Shown in pieces: positions 63,671 to 64,000 of a stretch of 64,000 nucleotides of DNA; position 1 is the first letter of the stretch; each line of letters starts with the position of its first letter. The DNA comes from Octopus sinensis (lineage: Eukaryota). A program made the translations under genes and the position numbers. The stretch lies in contig NC_043008.1 of assembly GCF_006345805.1 (NCBI RefSeq), positions 70,370,001 through 70,434,000 on the forward strand. The letters are read 5' to 3'. The notes beneath the pieces were generated by a model. The model was given only the letters and a program-made list of their open reading frames with translations, was not told the origin of the DNA and did not search any database.

Positions 63671-64000
63671 AGGTGCAGGAGTGGGTGTATGTTAAGAAGC
63701 TTATTTCCCAACCACATGGTTCTGGGGTCAGTCCCACTATGTGGCACCTTGGGCAAGTGTCTTCTACTGTAGCCTCGGGCTGACCAAAGCCTTGTGAGTG
63801 GATTTGATAGACAGAAGCTGAAAGAAGCCTATGGTATATATATTTATATATATATGTACGCATGTATTTGTGTGTCTGTGTTTGTCCTTCTACCATCGCT
63901 TGACAACTGATCTTCGTGTGTTTATGTTCCTGTAACTTAGTGGTTCAGCAAATGAGACCAACAGACTAAGTACTAGGCTTACAAAGAATAAGTCCTGGGG
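63671..64000 (+). mobile_element. SINE-A running off the window end
   Basis: Matches 61478-61800. Confidence 0.9.

Overview
AT-rich, extremely microsatellite-dense animal DNA. It is almost certainly not prokaryotic; the repeat families look like those of Octopus or another coleoid cephalopod (recognition, not a database result). I find no complete gene, no rRNA or true tRNA gene and no CRISPR array, and most long ORFs in the supplied track are translations of (TA)n/(CA)n/(AAT)n repeats or the antisense of decayed LINEs. The window is a nested transposon graveyard, probably a large intron or intergenic DNA. It holds: (i) dozens of tRNA-derived SINE copies of at least four families, here labelled A-D; (ii) decayed LINEs of three clades: RTE (28.6-30.1, 34.2-34.8, 44.1-48.0 kb), Tx1/L1 (31.6-34.2 kb) and two R4/Dong elements (35.5-37.4 and 54.5-56.2 kb, minus strand); (iii) three non-autonomous Helitron-like elements; (iv) several MITE/foldback elements, one with a perfect 8-bp hAT-type TSD and one with perfect 26-bp TIRs; (v) an apparently exact 584-bp tandem duplication. 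The best host-gene signal is a 24-nt frame-preserving candidate microexon (13252-13275, +); a few weaker exon candidates exist. I did not find a convincing new biological system. The most interesting patterns are SINE stacking in (AAT)n tracts beside R4/Dong LINEs, DNA elements nesting in the internal (TA)n of SINE-A, inverted repeat pairs that could form dsRNA, and the microexon.
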